From positions 1-15,864 of the forward strand of contig JAZDJU010000116.1 in NCBI GenBank assembly GCA_043803685.1: a stretch of 15,864 nt of DNA, written 5' to 3'. Shown here one piece after another: positions 15,836-15,864 of this stretch. This stretch comes from Candidatus Omnitrophota bacterium. GTDB taxonomy: Bacteria; Omnitrophota; Omnitrophia; Omnitrophales; Aquincolibacteriaceae. How positions within the stretch are numbered: position 1 is the stretch's first letter; each line of letters starts with the position of its first letter. A model generated the notes under the pieces. The model was not told where the DNA came from. It searched no databases and saw nothing but the letters and a program-made list of their open reading frames with translations. Both the position numbers and the translations under genes were made by a program.

Positions 15836-15864
15836 GGGCCCTTAAGAATGCTCAAAAAAGCACT

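Overview
Bacterial chromosomal window with two parts. The GC-rich left part (1-8880) looks like core genome: the 3' end of a ThiF/TcdA-family gene, a coupled TolC-MacA-MacB tripartite ABC exporter plus an MFS transporter, glycogen branching enzyme glgB, and a small secreted protein. The right part (~8900-15864) is compositionally patchy and looks accessory. It holds a structured 600-bp intergenic zone (degenerate ~41-bp hairpin repeats, an unannotated 24-aa Lys-rich minus-strand ORF, and a candidate ~120-nt sRNA/leader with an intrinsic terminator), a periplasmic tandem-rhodanese gene followed by a three-receiver hybrid histidine kinase, an AT-rich HEPN (RxxxxH) gene, and a signal-peptide + DUF1016_N-like + thermonuclease fusion carrying two in-frame repeat insertions. 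Related GGGG(T/A)CA REP-like motifs lie at the boundaries of these modules, including a perfect 17-bp inverted repeat enclosing a DnaA box. No transposase, integrase, tRNA, rRNA or CRISPR array is seen. All family calls come from motif recognition by eye, not from database searches.
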